Below, in pieces: positions 31,939 through 41,088 of a stretch of 64,000 nt of DNA. The stretch comes from an uncultured virus (IMG/VR IMGVR_UViG_3300030019_000024) (lineage: Duplodnaviria > Heunggongvirae > Uroviricota > Caudoviricetes). Positions within the stretch are counted from its first letter, which is position 1, and each line of letters begins with the position of its first letter. The notes under the pieces were generated by a model, which did not search any database, had not been told where the DNA came from, and saw only the letters and a list, made by a program, of their open reading frames with translations. The position numbers and the translations under genes were made by a program. The DNA is taken from IMG/VR virus record IMGVR_UViG_3300030019_000024. One strand, 5' to 3'.

Positions 31939-32367
31939 ATGTCATTAGACTTTAGATTTAATAAAGGAATATTATTATCTGATGTTCCTTTAAAAACAGA
32001 AATTACTATTAATACCCATGAAAATTCTATATTACTTAATCATCCTAATGGTGAAATTGTACATTGTGTTATAGATAAAGATTACCTTTATGGTGTGACA
32101 GCACGTGGTGGGGTTCCTTGTGAAATATTATATAATTTAATGATATCTTTTAATATTAAATTTATTGATGATAATTATACTGAAACATTATGTTATAATA
32201 GTTATTATAATCCAGATATGGAAATTACTGATTTTGATTTAGAAGAAATATATAATAACTGCATGATAGAATATGGGTTTGAATATTTAGTTTTTGAAGA
32301 ACAATATAGAATTAATATAGAACAACGTAATCTTAAAATAGAAAAAATTTTAAAAAGAAATAATTAA
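31939..32367 (+). CDS. Hypothetical protein with C-terminal motif
   Basis: EQRNLKIEKIL. Confidence 0.55.
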   Translation: MSLDFRFNKGILLSDVPLKTEITINTHENSILLNHPNGEIVHCVIDKDYLYGVTARGGVPCEILYNLMISFNIKFIDDNYTETLCYNSYYNPDMEITDFDLEEIYNNCMIEYGFEYLVFEEQYRINIEQRNLKIEKILKRNN

Positions 32368-32461
32368 TGTTTGTTAAAAATAAATTAAACTTTTTATTAA
32401 ATAGATTGTATAATACATATAAAAAATAAAAACCTCGCTTGTATAGGTAAAGTGATTAATT

Positions 32462-34177
32462 ATGGAATTTAAAAACACTTCAAAACAAACTATTAGTATT
32501 TCAGAAGCTACAAAACTTGGTCAACTTCTCATTCGTTCAAATAGTATTGTTATTAATTATGAAAACCAAAGACCCTATGTGTGGACAAGTGAAGAAATAA
32601 CTCAATTATTAGATGATTTATATAGTGCTTTTAGTAATAATAATAAATATTATCTTCATAATATTACACTAACAAATTATGATGATTATAAAACACCATC
32701 AAGATTGGTGGATGGACAACAACGTTTTACTACTCTTACATTACTCTTACATTATTTAGCACAATCATTAGATAAACCCTATTATTATAATAGATTAATA
32801 AGTAACGTAACTAATGATTATGTTTTTAAAATTAATGGGTTTGAATTTGATAAATTTAAATTTGTTATATCTGATGGGTGTGAGAATGAAGATGATGAAG
32901 ATGATGAAGATCAAGATGATACACCACTAACTTATAAAGTAGCAGTAGATTTAATTAATTATTTTTTTAAAAATAACACAATTGATTATCAAGATTTTTT
33001 TTCGTGGTTGTTAGATCATGTTTCTTTTTCTGTGGTCGAACTATTAGATGAAAATTGTGAAGGATCATATTTTAAGGACGTTAATTCAAAAGGTAAACAT
33101 ATAAGTCAAGTTGATATGATTAAAAATACATTATTTTCTAAAGTAGAAGATAAAGAACAACGTGATTTTTTGGTGAAAAAATGGAAAAAATTTGATGATG
33201 GTATTAATAATTTAATTAAAAAAGATTATAAACCAAAAACAGTAAGAGATGGTGATATTAAAGAAGGGATATTTAGAGATGTTTATAAAATAACAAAATT
33301 AGATACTGATCCAGTATACAAAAAAATAAACATGTATAAAGATTTTGTTAAAAAATATAATACATTTGAAGAAATCTTAGTATTAATTGAAAAATGTATA
33401 ATGTATAATGAATGTATTTTAAAATACATATATAGTGAAGAAGATATTTATAGATTACCAACCTTATTTTTTAGAGTACGAAAATTGAAATCCTTTATAT
33501 CAACTATAATGTATGCTAAAGAAAAAAATTATTCAGTAGACATATGTTTAGAAATATTAAGTAGAATAACGCTATTTACACACACTGGTATAAAACAATT
33601 ATATGATGCTAAATTAGATGCATTTCATAAATGTATACGAGATGGTAAAGATGTTATATTATGGTATAATAATTTAATTGATACGTTAACAGTTCATGAT
33701 TTAACACGTGATTTATATTATCAAAAAAATTCTAATGCACGTGTTAAATCTGCATTAGTTTTTATGGAAGCTAAAATGTATAATAAAGCTAATTATTTGG
33801 AAACAATTTGTGATAAAGATTTATTTAAAAGTTTTAATATAGAACATATATATCCAAAACATGATGATACAGATGCAAACAAATGGTTTAATAAGTTTGG
33901 TAATTTAACATTACTAAAAAATGGTAAAAATTCATCCATTAAAGATGAAATGGAAAAAAAATCACCCGCTTATCAAGATGTCATAGATGGAAATATTTTA
34001 AGTAGAATACTTGTAACAAATGATCCTAATAAATATGTTTCATTGAGGGTGAATAATAAATATTTAGAAAAGTTAACACCATATAGTGTAGAAGAAATTA
34101 TAGATTGGGATGAAACTAAAAGTATAAAAAGGAATAATGAAATGGCATTATTATTCAAAGAAATGTTGAAAATGTAA
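32462..34177 (+). CDS. DUF262-DUF1524 (GmrSD-like) modification-dependent nuclease
   Basis: QRPYVW, VDGQQRFTTL, F..VNSKG; C-terminal IEHIYP...GNLTLL...N HNH-type motif. Confidence 0.85.
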   Translation: MEFKNTSKQTISISEATKLGQLLIRSNSIVINYENQRPYVWTSEEITQLLDDLYSAFSNNNKYYLHNITLTNYDDYKTPSRLVDGQQRFTTLTLLLHYLAQSLDKPYYYNRLISNVTNDYVFKINGFEFDKFKFVISDGCENEDDEDDEDQDDTPLTYKVAVDLINYFFKNNTIDYQDFFSWLLDHVSFSVVELLDENCEGSYFKDVNSKGKHISQVDMIKNTLFSKVEDKEQRDFLVKKWKKFDDGINNLIKKDYKPKTVRDGDIKEGIFRDVYKITKLDTDPVYKKINMYKDFVKKYNTFEEILVLIEKCIMYNECILKYIYSEEDIYRLPTLFFRVRKLKSFISTIMYAKEKNYSVDICLEILSRITLFTHTGIKQLYDAKLDAFHKCIRDGKDVILWYNNLIDTLTVHDLTRDLYYQKNSNARVKSALVFMEAKMYNKANYLETICDKDLFKSFNIEHIYPKHDDTDANKWFNKFGNLTLLKNGKNSSIKDEMEKKSPAYQDVIDGNILSRILVTNDPNKYVSLRVNNKYLEKLTPYSVEEIIDWDETKSIKRNNEMALLFKEMLKM

Positions 34178-34181
34178 CAAA

Positions 34182-34442
34182 ATGAAAACACTAACATCCG
34201 AAGAATATATTGCAGCAAAGAAAGCAATAAAAGAATACGAACAATCTAATGAGATTAAAGAAGATGTATTCCCATATAATATACATGTAGGTGATACTAT
34301 TGCACATGTTTGTAATTGTCGTTCTCACCATGGACTTCTAAGTGTTGTAGTAACAGAAGAATTACTTGAAAATATTCTTAAATATGAAACTACTGAAAAT
34401 TATCATCAATTTAGAATAATGAAAAAATATAATGAAGAATAA
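34182..34442 (+). CDS. Hypothetical protein
   Basis: 86-aa ORF. Confidence 0.5.
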   Translation: MKTLTSEEYIAAKKAIKEYEQSNEIKEDVFPYNIHVGDTIAHVCNCRSHHGLLSVVVTEELLENILKYETTENYHQFRIMKKYNEE

Positions 34443-34474
34443 TTTGGTAGTTTAAAATATTTGTAGTATCTTTG
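34443..34474 (+). promoter_or_regulatory. Bacteroidota sigma70-type promoter
   Basis: TTTG-20 nt-TATCTTTG. Confidence 0.8.
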
Positions 34475-34497
34475 TCGAATAAATAAAAAAATAATTT

Positions 34498-36297
34498 ATG
34501 AGTATATTAACATCAATATTAGAAGTATCAGAAATTAATTTAAATAAGTTTAGAAACCCTGATTCAAATGAAGTATTACATGATAATCAAATTGAGTGTG
34601 CAGTTCGAATATTAAAACAATTTGATAACACTAAATACCCACGTGCTAATTATATTGTAATAAAAGGATTTACACAAAGTGGTAAAACGGGTGTATTTAC
34701 ATCTTTGATAAATATAATCAATAATTTAAACAAATCAATACCTTGGAAAGATCCGGTATTAAATATAAAAAAAATAGTATATATCACGGGTGATAATTCC
34801 AAAGCATTAACATCACAAACAAAAAAACGAACATTCGACCAAACATTTTCAGATGAATATAATGATGATGTAATTAATGTTATATTTGTTAAACAAAGTG
34901 ATTGTACGAATGATTTGAAAGGTAAAGATATGAATCAAGTGCTTGGTGAAAATTTTTCACTTGATAATACATTAATTTTTCTTGACGAAAGTCATTATGG
35001 TACAACTAATATAAAAAACAAAGTACCTAAATGGTTAGAATCATATGGTCTTGATTTGAAAAATAATAATAGTCTCCAAGAAAAAAATTCATATATAATA
35101 TCTAATAGTGCAACACCATATCAAGAAATGGAAAGTGATATTGTATTATCAAAAGCGAGAATTATATTACATAAAGGTGAAGGATATGTTGGTATTTATG
35201 ACTTTGCACCAAATATTATACCTGTCGATAGTCAATGGTCTAATAGGAATTCTTCTAAGGATTATCTGAGATGGAGTGGATTAATGCGGGAAACATACAA
35301 TATGATTAAAGCAACTGGTGAAAATTTGTGTTCAATTGTTCGTATGAGTATATCAAACTATGAATTTCATAAATATATGATGAACTTATATTTTGATACA
35401 GAGGTTATTAATGTTTCAAACAATTCACTTAATTATAGAACAATGGAATCTACTATAATTAGTTATTGTGAAACTGGTTTCAACCAATCATCTGGTAAAT
35501 ATTTAATGATTATTATTGTTGGTGGTTTACGTATGGGGATATCAATTGATAATATTGTTAAAAATAAAATAAAAATGATTTATGATTATACTTCAACAGC
35601 TAAAGCTGTATGGACAACTGAACAAGGTCTTATTGGACGTATGACAGGTTATCGTGAAGGTGATGCATGGAAAAATACCAAATTTTATATTAGAGGTGAA
35701 CATTGGGATAAATTATCAGATTATTATTCTGATGTAAATAATGACGAATTATTAACATTTAATACTCCCATTTCTTCTAAAAAAGTGGAAACAAAAATTT
35801 GGTCAGACGAAGAAGGATATGATGAATTAGATAGTAATATAATGATTGGTATTGATATTATAAAAGATTATGAAAACATACATGATTCATTTGGAAGTGA
35901 TATGATAAAAATATTTGGTGCTAAAAAATTCAAACAAATTTTATCAAAATATACATCTGAAATAAGAAAATATTTAGAAAATAAAGATGTTTTTTTTAAA
36001 AATGCTTTAGTTATGGATCAACGAAAAAAACATACTAAAAATACATCATATTCTTCTGAAAATTTCAATGCATCTGATTATCATAAGAAAGAATATTGTG
36101 ATGAAAATATAGGAAGAAATGCTTATACGTATTCAGTTGATGACAGGGATATTAATAATATTAAATTATTTGTTATTATAGGTGTGTTTAAATATTATAA
36201 GATAAAAAATAACACTGAAAAAATTCAATTCAACCCACTTGAAACTATGGATACAAGTATAAAGGATACTGAAAAAATTGAATGTATACGTATATAA
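34498..36297 (+). CDS. SF2 helicase/ATPase-like protein
   Basis: GFTQSGKT, IFLDESHY, SATP, EQGLIGRMTGY. Confidence 0.75.
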   Translation: MSILTSILEVSEINLNKFRNPDSNEVLHDNQIECAVRILKQFDNTKYPRANYIVIKGFTQSGKTGVFTSLINIINNLNKSIPWKDPVLNIKKIVYITGDNSKALTSQTKKRTFDQTFSDEYNDDVINVIFVKQSDCTNDLKGKDMNQVLGENFSLDNTLIFLDESHYGTTNIKNKVPKWLESYGLDLKNNNSLQEKNSYIISNSATPYQEMESDIVLSKARIILHKGEGYVGIYDFAPNIIPVDSQWSNRNSSKDYLRWSGLMRETYNMIKATGENLCSIVRMSISNYEFHKYMMNLYFDTEVINVSNNSLNYRTMESTIISYCETGFNQSSGKYLMIIIVGGLRMGISIDNIVKNKIKMIYDYTSTAKAVWTTEQGLIGRMTGYREGDAWKNTKFYIRGEHWDKLSDYYSDVNNDELLTFNTPISSKKVETKIWSDEEGYDELDSNIMIGIDIIKDYENIHDSFGSDMIKIFGAKKFKQILSKYTSEIRKYLENKDVFFKNALVMDQRKKHTKNTSYSSENFNASDYHKKEYCDENIGRNAYTYSVDDRDINNIKLFVIIGVFKYYKIKNNTEKIQFNPLETMDTSIKDTEKIECIRI

Positions 36298-36300
36298 ATT

Positions 36301-36380
36301 TTTGCAACTAAAGAATTTTAAACTAACATCTCACGATATATCGGTTAATCGTTATTTTATTATGAAGAAAATTATATTTA
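36301..36380 (+). repeat. Duplicated leader copy 1
   Basis: Identical 37-nt core TAAACTAACATCTCACGATATATCGGTTAATCGTTAT at 36319-36355 and 36905-36941. Confidence 0.9.
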
Positions 36381-36826
36381 TATTATTGTGTAGTGTATTA
36401 TTGTTTAGTTGTGGTAAATCAGAAGAACCGATTGCTTTCAATTATGATTCCTTAATTGGTACTTGGGTTGAATATAAGCAAATGGATGGTGTATATGTTG
36501 ATACAAATAAACCATACACTTTTGAAAAATCAGACACACGTGATACAATCGCATTTACACCATCTTATCAACAATTGAAATATTTAAAATATAATGGTGT
36601 TTGGTTTGTAGACCAATATGTTACTGATATATATCCATTGGGTGATAAGTTCACTGTAAATTATTATAAATCTAATTATGATACAAGTGAAATAAGTCAA
36701 GATGGTAAAAATATTATAATTACATCTGTTGAAACAGATTATAACCGTAAATTCTTTAAATATTTCAAGAAAATTTCAAAAGAATGGAAATTGGAATATA
36801 TGCTAAATGATATTGAAAAGAAATAA
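36362..36826 (+). CDS. Lipoprotein (start re-called to MKKIIF)
   Basis: Signal MKKIIFILLCSVLLFS-C-GKSEE; LIGTW lipocalin-like motif. Confidence 0.75.
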   Translation: MKKIIFILLCSVLLFSCGKSEEPIAFNYDSLIGTWVEYKQMDGVYVDTNKPYTFEKSDTRDTIAFTPSYQQLKYLKYNGVWFVDQYVTDIYPLGDKFTVNYYKSNYDTSEISQDGKNIIITSVETDYNRKFFKYFKKISKEWKLEYMLNDIEKK

Positions 36827-36886
36827 TATGTATTTAAAAACTTTTTCGTAAAAATTGATAAAAATGAATGCAAAGTTATTTCAACT

Positions 36887-36967
36887 TTTGCAACTAAATA
36901 ATATTAAACTAACATCTCACGATATATCGGTTAATCGTTATAAAATTATGAAGAAAATTATATTTTT
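36887..36967 (+). repeat. Duplicated leader copy 2
   Basis: See copy 1. Confidence 0.9.
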
Positions 36968-37559
36968 ATTAACATGTGTAGTATTTGTATCACTTTCAGT
37001 ATTTAGTCAAAAAAAAGATTCGATTTATTTGAAAATTGGTGAAGTTATCCCAGTAGAACAAATAATTTTAAATAAAAATGTAGATTCTTTATCGTATCAT
37101 CCATTAGGTGAAACAACTATTATAAGAAAAATTAGTTTAAAAGATGTATCTAAAATTTATAGTAGGTATGATGATGTTAATTATCTTCGTGAATATAATA
37201 ATTATAATTTAAAAATTAATGAAGATTATAAATTTAATTATATTAGAAGTAATTTAAATGCTTTTTATAAAGAAAAAATGAAAGGTTATTGTTTTATTGC
37301 AAGTGGTGTAGCATTATCATGCGCAGGATATATTATTTCATCATCAACATATAATAGCAATCCTGAATATTATGCGAATATTAAATCAAATAATAGAACA
37401 GAAGATATAAATGGGGTTGATATTGGAAATGTGGTTATGATAGTAGGTGGTATATCAAGTTTAATTGGTATTATTATAAATATTGATTCATATAGTTGGA
37501 TTAAAAAAGCATCTATTTCACCAACAGTAAACGGTATTTCAATTAAAGCTAATTTTTAA
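36948..37559 (+). CDS. Secreted/membrane protein of Bacteroidota type (start re-called)
   Basis: Signal peptide ending FSQ.KDSIYLK.G, two Gly-rich hydrophobic segments, C-terminal GISIKANF. Confidence 0.7.
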   Translation: MKKIIFLLTCVVFVSLSVFSQKKDSIYLKIGEVIPVEQIILNKNVDSLSYHPLGETTIIRKISLKDVSKIYSRYDDVNYLREYNNYNLKINEDYKFNYIRSNLNAFYKEKMKGYCFIASGVALSCAGYIISSSTYNSNPEYYANIKSNNRTEDINGVDIGNVVMIVGGISSLIGIIINIDSYSWIKKASISPTVNGISIKANF

Positions 37560-37680
37560 TATAGTGAAATATTTATTAATCATTCTAAACAAGTTTATTT
37601 TAAAAGATTAAAAACTTTTTTGTAAAAATATCATATAATATAAAGTCTTGAATAAAGATTAAAAAATATAAAATATAGTT

Positions 37681-37917
37681 ATGGGAAAATTTATGAGGAT
37701 AATTGAAGTAGGTGATTGGAATATCAATGCAGATGAATCTGGGTTTAATGTAGTAATTAAAAAAGAAGCACATGGTTTAAGTGATGGTTTAATAGTAGCT
37801 TTCTATGATGATAAAGGTAATATAGTATCACCTGGTATAAATACATTAAAAGATGAAGTTACTATTAGTACTAATTCTAAACCATCCAAAGTTTATACCG
37901 TTGTTATAATTGGTTAA
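37681..37917 (+). CDS. Small beta protein, paralog of 41089-41346
   Basis: HGLSDGLIVAFYD..G...TL.D.VTI...VIIG. Confidence 0.7.
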   Translation: MGKFMRIIEVGDWNINADESGFNVVIKKEAHGLSDGLIVAFYDDKGNIVSPGINTLKDEVTISTNSKPSKVYTVVIIG

Positions 37918-37933
37918 AAATAAATAGTCAATT

Positions 37934-38206
37934 ATGGAAAATGGATTTAAAACTGATAAATATAATGTTTTTATACGAATAGGGATTAAAAACGTATGGG
38001 GTGAAGATAAACCAGAATTAGAAGTAATGTTAGTCACTATGTGTACAAATTTAATTAATGATTATCTATCAAAACAAAGTAATAATTATACCGTGTCATT
38101 GGTAATAGATGTTACAGATGAAAATGGTATTGTTGCATCAGGATTAGAAGAAGCATTAACAAAAATGTGTTCAAGTTTAATTACTGAATTTCTTAATAAA
38201 AAATAA
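37934..38206 (+). CDS. Hypothetical protein with internal repeat
   Basis: LE..L..MC..LI..(Y/F)L.K occurs twice. Confidence 0.6.
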   Translation: MENGFKTDKYNVFIRIGIKNVWGEDKPELEVMLVTMCTNLINDYLSKQSNNYTVSLVIDVTDENGIVASGLEEALTKMCSSLITEFLNKK

Positions 38207-38295
38207 TTTATTTTTATATTCATTGTGGTATTTTTGTTATAAAAAAGTATTTATAAGAAAAGTCCTATAATGGATTATAAAAATAAAATTAAATT

Positions 38296-38658
38296 ATGAA
38301 CAATGTACAGAATTCATCACCAATACAAGTACCAGTGGTACCACCATTAGTATTACCTGATGTAGTAATACCTAATGTAGTTATTCCATCAATTTCAGAA
38401 GTAGTTGTAACACCATCAGTTGCAGCAGTAACACCAACACCATCAGTAACAGAAGTAGTTGCAGCAGTGGTAATAGACCCATCAGTTGACACAAACGCTT
38501 TTATAATTAATTTATTGGAAGTAATTAAAAATAAATTATCAGTTACACCTGTTGTTTCAGATGTTAAGCAGTCTGATCCAGTAGTTACCTTATTAGAAGG
38601 ACTTAAAGCACAAATAGAAGATTTCAATTCAAAAATTTCTAATATAATTAAAATATAA
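38296..38658 (+). CDS. Val/Pro-rich low-complexity protein
   Basis: PVVPPLVLPDVVIP...; PSVDTNAFI..LLEVIKNKL; LEGLKAQ. Confidence 0.7.
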   Translation: MNNVQNSSPIQVPVVPPLVLPDVVIPNVVIPSISEVVVTPSVAAVTPTPSVTEVVAAVVIDPSVDTNAFIINLLEVIKNKLSVTPVVSDVKQSDPVVTLLEGLKAQIEDFNSKISNIIKI

Positions 38659-38768
38659 TTTTTCTTTAATATAAAATAATTTTTTATTTTAAAATGGTAT
38701 TTATTGTTATAAAAAAGTATTTATAACAATAAATCCTTTTTTATGGATTATAAAACAAATTAAAGATT

Positions 38769-39170
38769 ATGGAATATATAGAAAATTCAAATGATAAAAT
38801 TTCAGTAATAGAACAGAATAAAATAATTATTGCATTATTAGAAGAAATTAGAAATAAATTACCAGGTGATAATAAAGTTGTTGAAGCTGTTATTGAACAA
38901 ATACCTTTAGAAGAATCAGTGGATGAAGTAGTTGTTGAACCAATAGTTGAAGTAGATGAAACAGTTCTTGAACCAACACTTGAACCAAAAATTGAAGAAG
39001 TGGTTAATCAAATAGTTGAAGAATTTGTTAAACCAAGAGATGAACCAATTAAATCAATGATTACAGTATTGGAAGGACTTAAAATACAAATGGATGGTCT
39101 GAATGCAAAATTTCCTAAAAGGAACAATTCATCTATAATTGATTTAGTTAATAAACGATATAAAAAGTAA
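38769..39170 (+). CDS. Val/Glu/Pro-rich paralog of 38296
   Basis: LLEEIRNKL and TVLEGLKIQ. Confidence 0.7.
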   Translation: MEYIENSNDKISVIEQNKIIIALLEEIRNKLPGDNKVVEAVIEQIPLEESVDEVVVEPIVEVDETVLEPTLEPKIEEVVNQIVEEFVKPRDEPIKSMITVLEGLKIQMDGLNAKFPKRNNSSIIDLVNKRYKK

Positions 39171-39191
39171 TACATATTAAAATAAAAATAA

Positions 39192-39317
39192 ATGGCAAAG
39201 AAACTAATAGATATATCAGATTTAAAGAAAGTAAAAACACCAAATAATTTAAAATTCGTTAGAGTGGAAGTAACAAAATTCAAAAGTGGAACATCATATA
39301 GATTTATATATGAATGA
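39192..39317 (+). CDS. Small basic protein (41 aa, not in ORF track)
   Basis: MAKKLIDISDLKKVKTP...YRFIYE followed by a terminator hairpin. Confidence 0.5.
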   Translation: MAKKLIDISDLKKVKTPNNLKFVRVEVTKFKSGTSYRFIYE

Positions 39318-39438
39318 TAAAAAAGACCGAAATTTATTTTGGTCTTTTTTTGTTATATTATGTATTTACACAATTATAAAATGTATTTATTATAGCTAAG
39401 TCCTAATTAAGGATTATAAAAAAATAATAAAAAAACTA

Positions 39439-40034
39439 ATGAAAAAAGGGGAAAAAAAGGAAAAACAAATAATTGTTCCTATCACAGGTGGTTCTGTAAT
39501 ATTTGGTACTGTTACACAATCAGTTGAATCAGATGACCATTCTAAAACTGAACATAATTCTAAACAGGATGACCATTCTAAACATTATGATTTAAAAGAT
39601 AACAATTCTAAAAATTATGATTTAAAAGATAACAATTCTAAAAAGTATGATTTAAAAGATGACCATTCTAACCATTATGATTTAAAAGATGACCATTCTA
39701 AACATCATAATACTGAATATGAAGAAGAATGTGAAGAAGAATGCGATGACAAAGAGGAATGTGAATGTGAAGAAGAGTGTGAATGTGATGACAAAGAAAA
39801 ATGTGATGACAAAGAAGAATGTGATGAAAAAGATGAAGAAGATTGTGATGACGAAGAAGAATGTGATGACGAAGAAGAATGTGATGAAAAAGATGAAGAA
39901 GATTGTGATGACGAAGAAGAATGTGATGATGACAAAAAAAAAAGTTGAACCCCTCAGTTGATACCAATGCTTTTATAGATAAAGTATTTGAAGATGTTAA
40001 ACATAAATTATCAGATAAAGGAATAAATTATTAA
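39439..40034 (+). CDS. His/Asp-repeat and Cys/Glu/Asp-repeat protein; frame 0 stops at 39948, -1 frame across A10 extends to 40034
   Basis: DDHSKHYDLK 10-aa repeats, then EECDD repeats; -1 frame gives NPSVDTNAFIDKVFEDVKHKLS, homologous to ORF 38296. Confidence 0.7.
39531..39933 (+). repeat. Coding tandem repeats (30-nt units, then 18/21-nt units)
   Basis: GATGACCATTCTAAACATTATGATTTAAAA-like and GAAGAAGAATGTGATGAC-like units. Confidence 0.9.
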
Positions 40035-40234
40035 TTTATACTATTATAATGACTTAACACAATTTGAATTTTTAATTAAAAGTAAAGATATCTGAAAAGA
40101 CCGAAATTAATTTCGGTCTTTTATTGTTATATATGATAACCGTTTATAACATTTTACGTATTTACAATATTACTAAACGTATTTATTACAGTGAAGTCCT
40201 ATTTTTAAGGATTAAAAAAAAAATAAAAAAAATT

Positions 40235-40444
40235 ATGTTTAATAATGCTTTTTTATACAATCGCAGACGTGGTTACGGTTGTGGTTATTCTGACCCATAT
40301 TGTTATTCTGGATATGGATATGGTAGAGGATGTGGGATAGGATATGGATTAGGATATGGATATGGCTGTGGTGGTTATGGTTATGGTGGGTTATACAATG
40401 GAACTATATTAAATTCTTATTATGGTAGACCATTTTTATATTAA
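40235..40444 (+). CDS. Gly/Tyr/Cys-rich small protein (start re-called)
   Basis: GYGCGY...GYGYGRGCGIGYGLGYGYGCGGYGYGG. Confidence 0.7.
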   Translation: MFNNAFLYNRRRGYGCGYSDPYCYSGYGYGRGCGIGYGLGYGYGCGGYGYGGLYNGTILNSYYGRPFLY

Positions 40445-40492
40445 TTAAAGTGAAGTCCTACTTAATGGATTATAAAAATAATAATAAATATT

Positions 40493-40729
40493 ATGAGAAG
40501 TTCAAGTGATATAGTTAATGCTATGTATGGTGAACATATAAATAGATATGATGATGCTGCTTATGCTGCTATTAGAGGTGGATTACCTTATTTCAATTAT
40601 GATTTGGGTGATTTAAGATTTAGAAATAGATTTGAATCTGATTTAGGTTTATATGGTTATCCTTATACATATGCTGATGGATTATATAATATAGATTTAG
40701 CTAATCTTCATTACGGTGTACCTTATTAA
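40493..40729 (+). CDS. Tyr-rich small protein, paralog of 40781
   Basis: DI.N..Y...DD...LP...Y.L.D.RF..RFE..L...GYP...Y.IDL..L..GVP. Confidence 0.7.
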   Translation: MRSSSDIVNAMYGEHINRYDDAAYAAIRGGLPYFNYDLGDLRFRNRFESDLGLYGYPYTYADGLYNIDLANLHYGVPY

Positions 40730-40780
40730 AGTGAAATCCTACTTAGTGGATTATGGAAAAAAAAATATGAAAAAAAAAAT

Positions 40781-41044
40781 ATGAAAGCAGCAAGAGATAT
40801 AATTAATGAATTGTATAACAATGATGTTAAAAAATTTGATGATATAGTTTATAACGGAATTAAAACAAAATTACCAAAAGTAGATTATAAATTAGATGAT
40901 GTTAGATTTAAAGAAAGATTTGAAGCAGAATTAAAAAACAGTGGATATCCATTCACGGCAGATGTAGCTATACCAGAAACATACAGTATAGATTTATCTA
41001 AACTTGATTTTGGTGTACCGTCAATGACAACGATGTACCTATAA
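40781..41044 (+). CDS. Small protein, paralog of 40493
   Basis: Same pattern as 40493. Confidence 0.7.
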   Translation: MKAARDIINELYNNDVKKFDDIVYNGIKTKLPKVDYKLDDVRFKERFEAELKNSGYPFTADVAIPETYSIDLSKLDFGVPSMTTMYL

Positions 41045-41088
41045 AAATAAATCCGTTAGGATTATATAAAAAATAAAAATAAAAAATT

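Noticed and set aside
39531..39933. Possible CRISPR array or non-coding tandem repeat
   Set aside because: Units are contiguous multiples of 3 with no unique spacers; they are coding repeats and no cas genes are present
39689..39967. Alternative-frame ORFs (MTKKNV repeats, poly-His/Ser)
   Set aside because: Shadows of the EECDD repeat; only the 39439 frame has the cassette's hairpin and start context
37643..41063. Hairpins as CsrA/RsmA sites or Shine-Dalgarno sequences
   Set aside because: GGA lies in the stem rather than the loop and is 20 nt or more from the ATG
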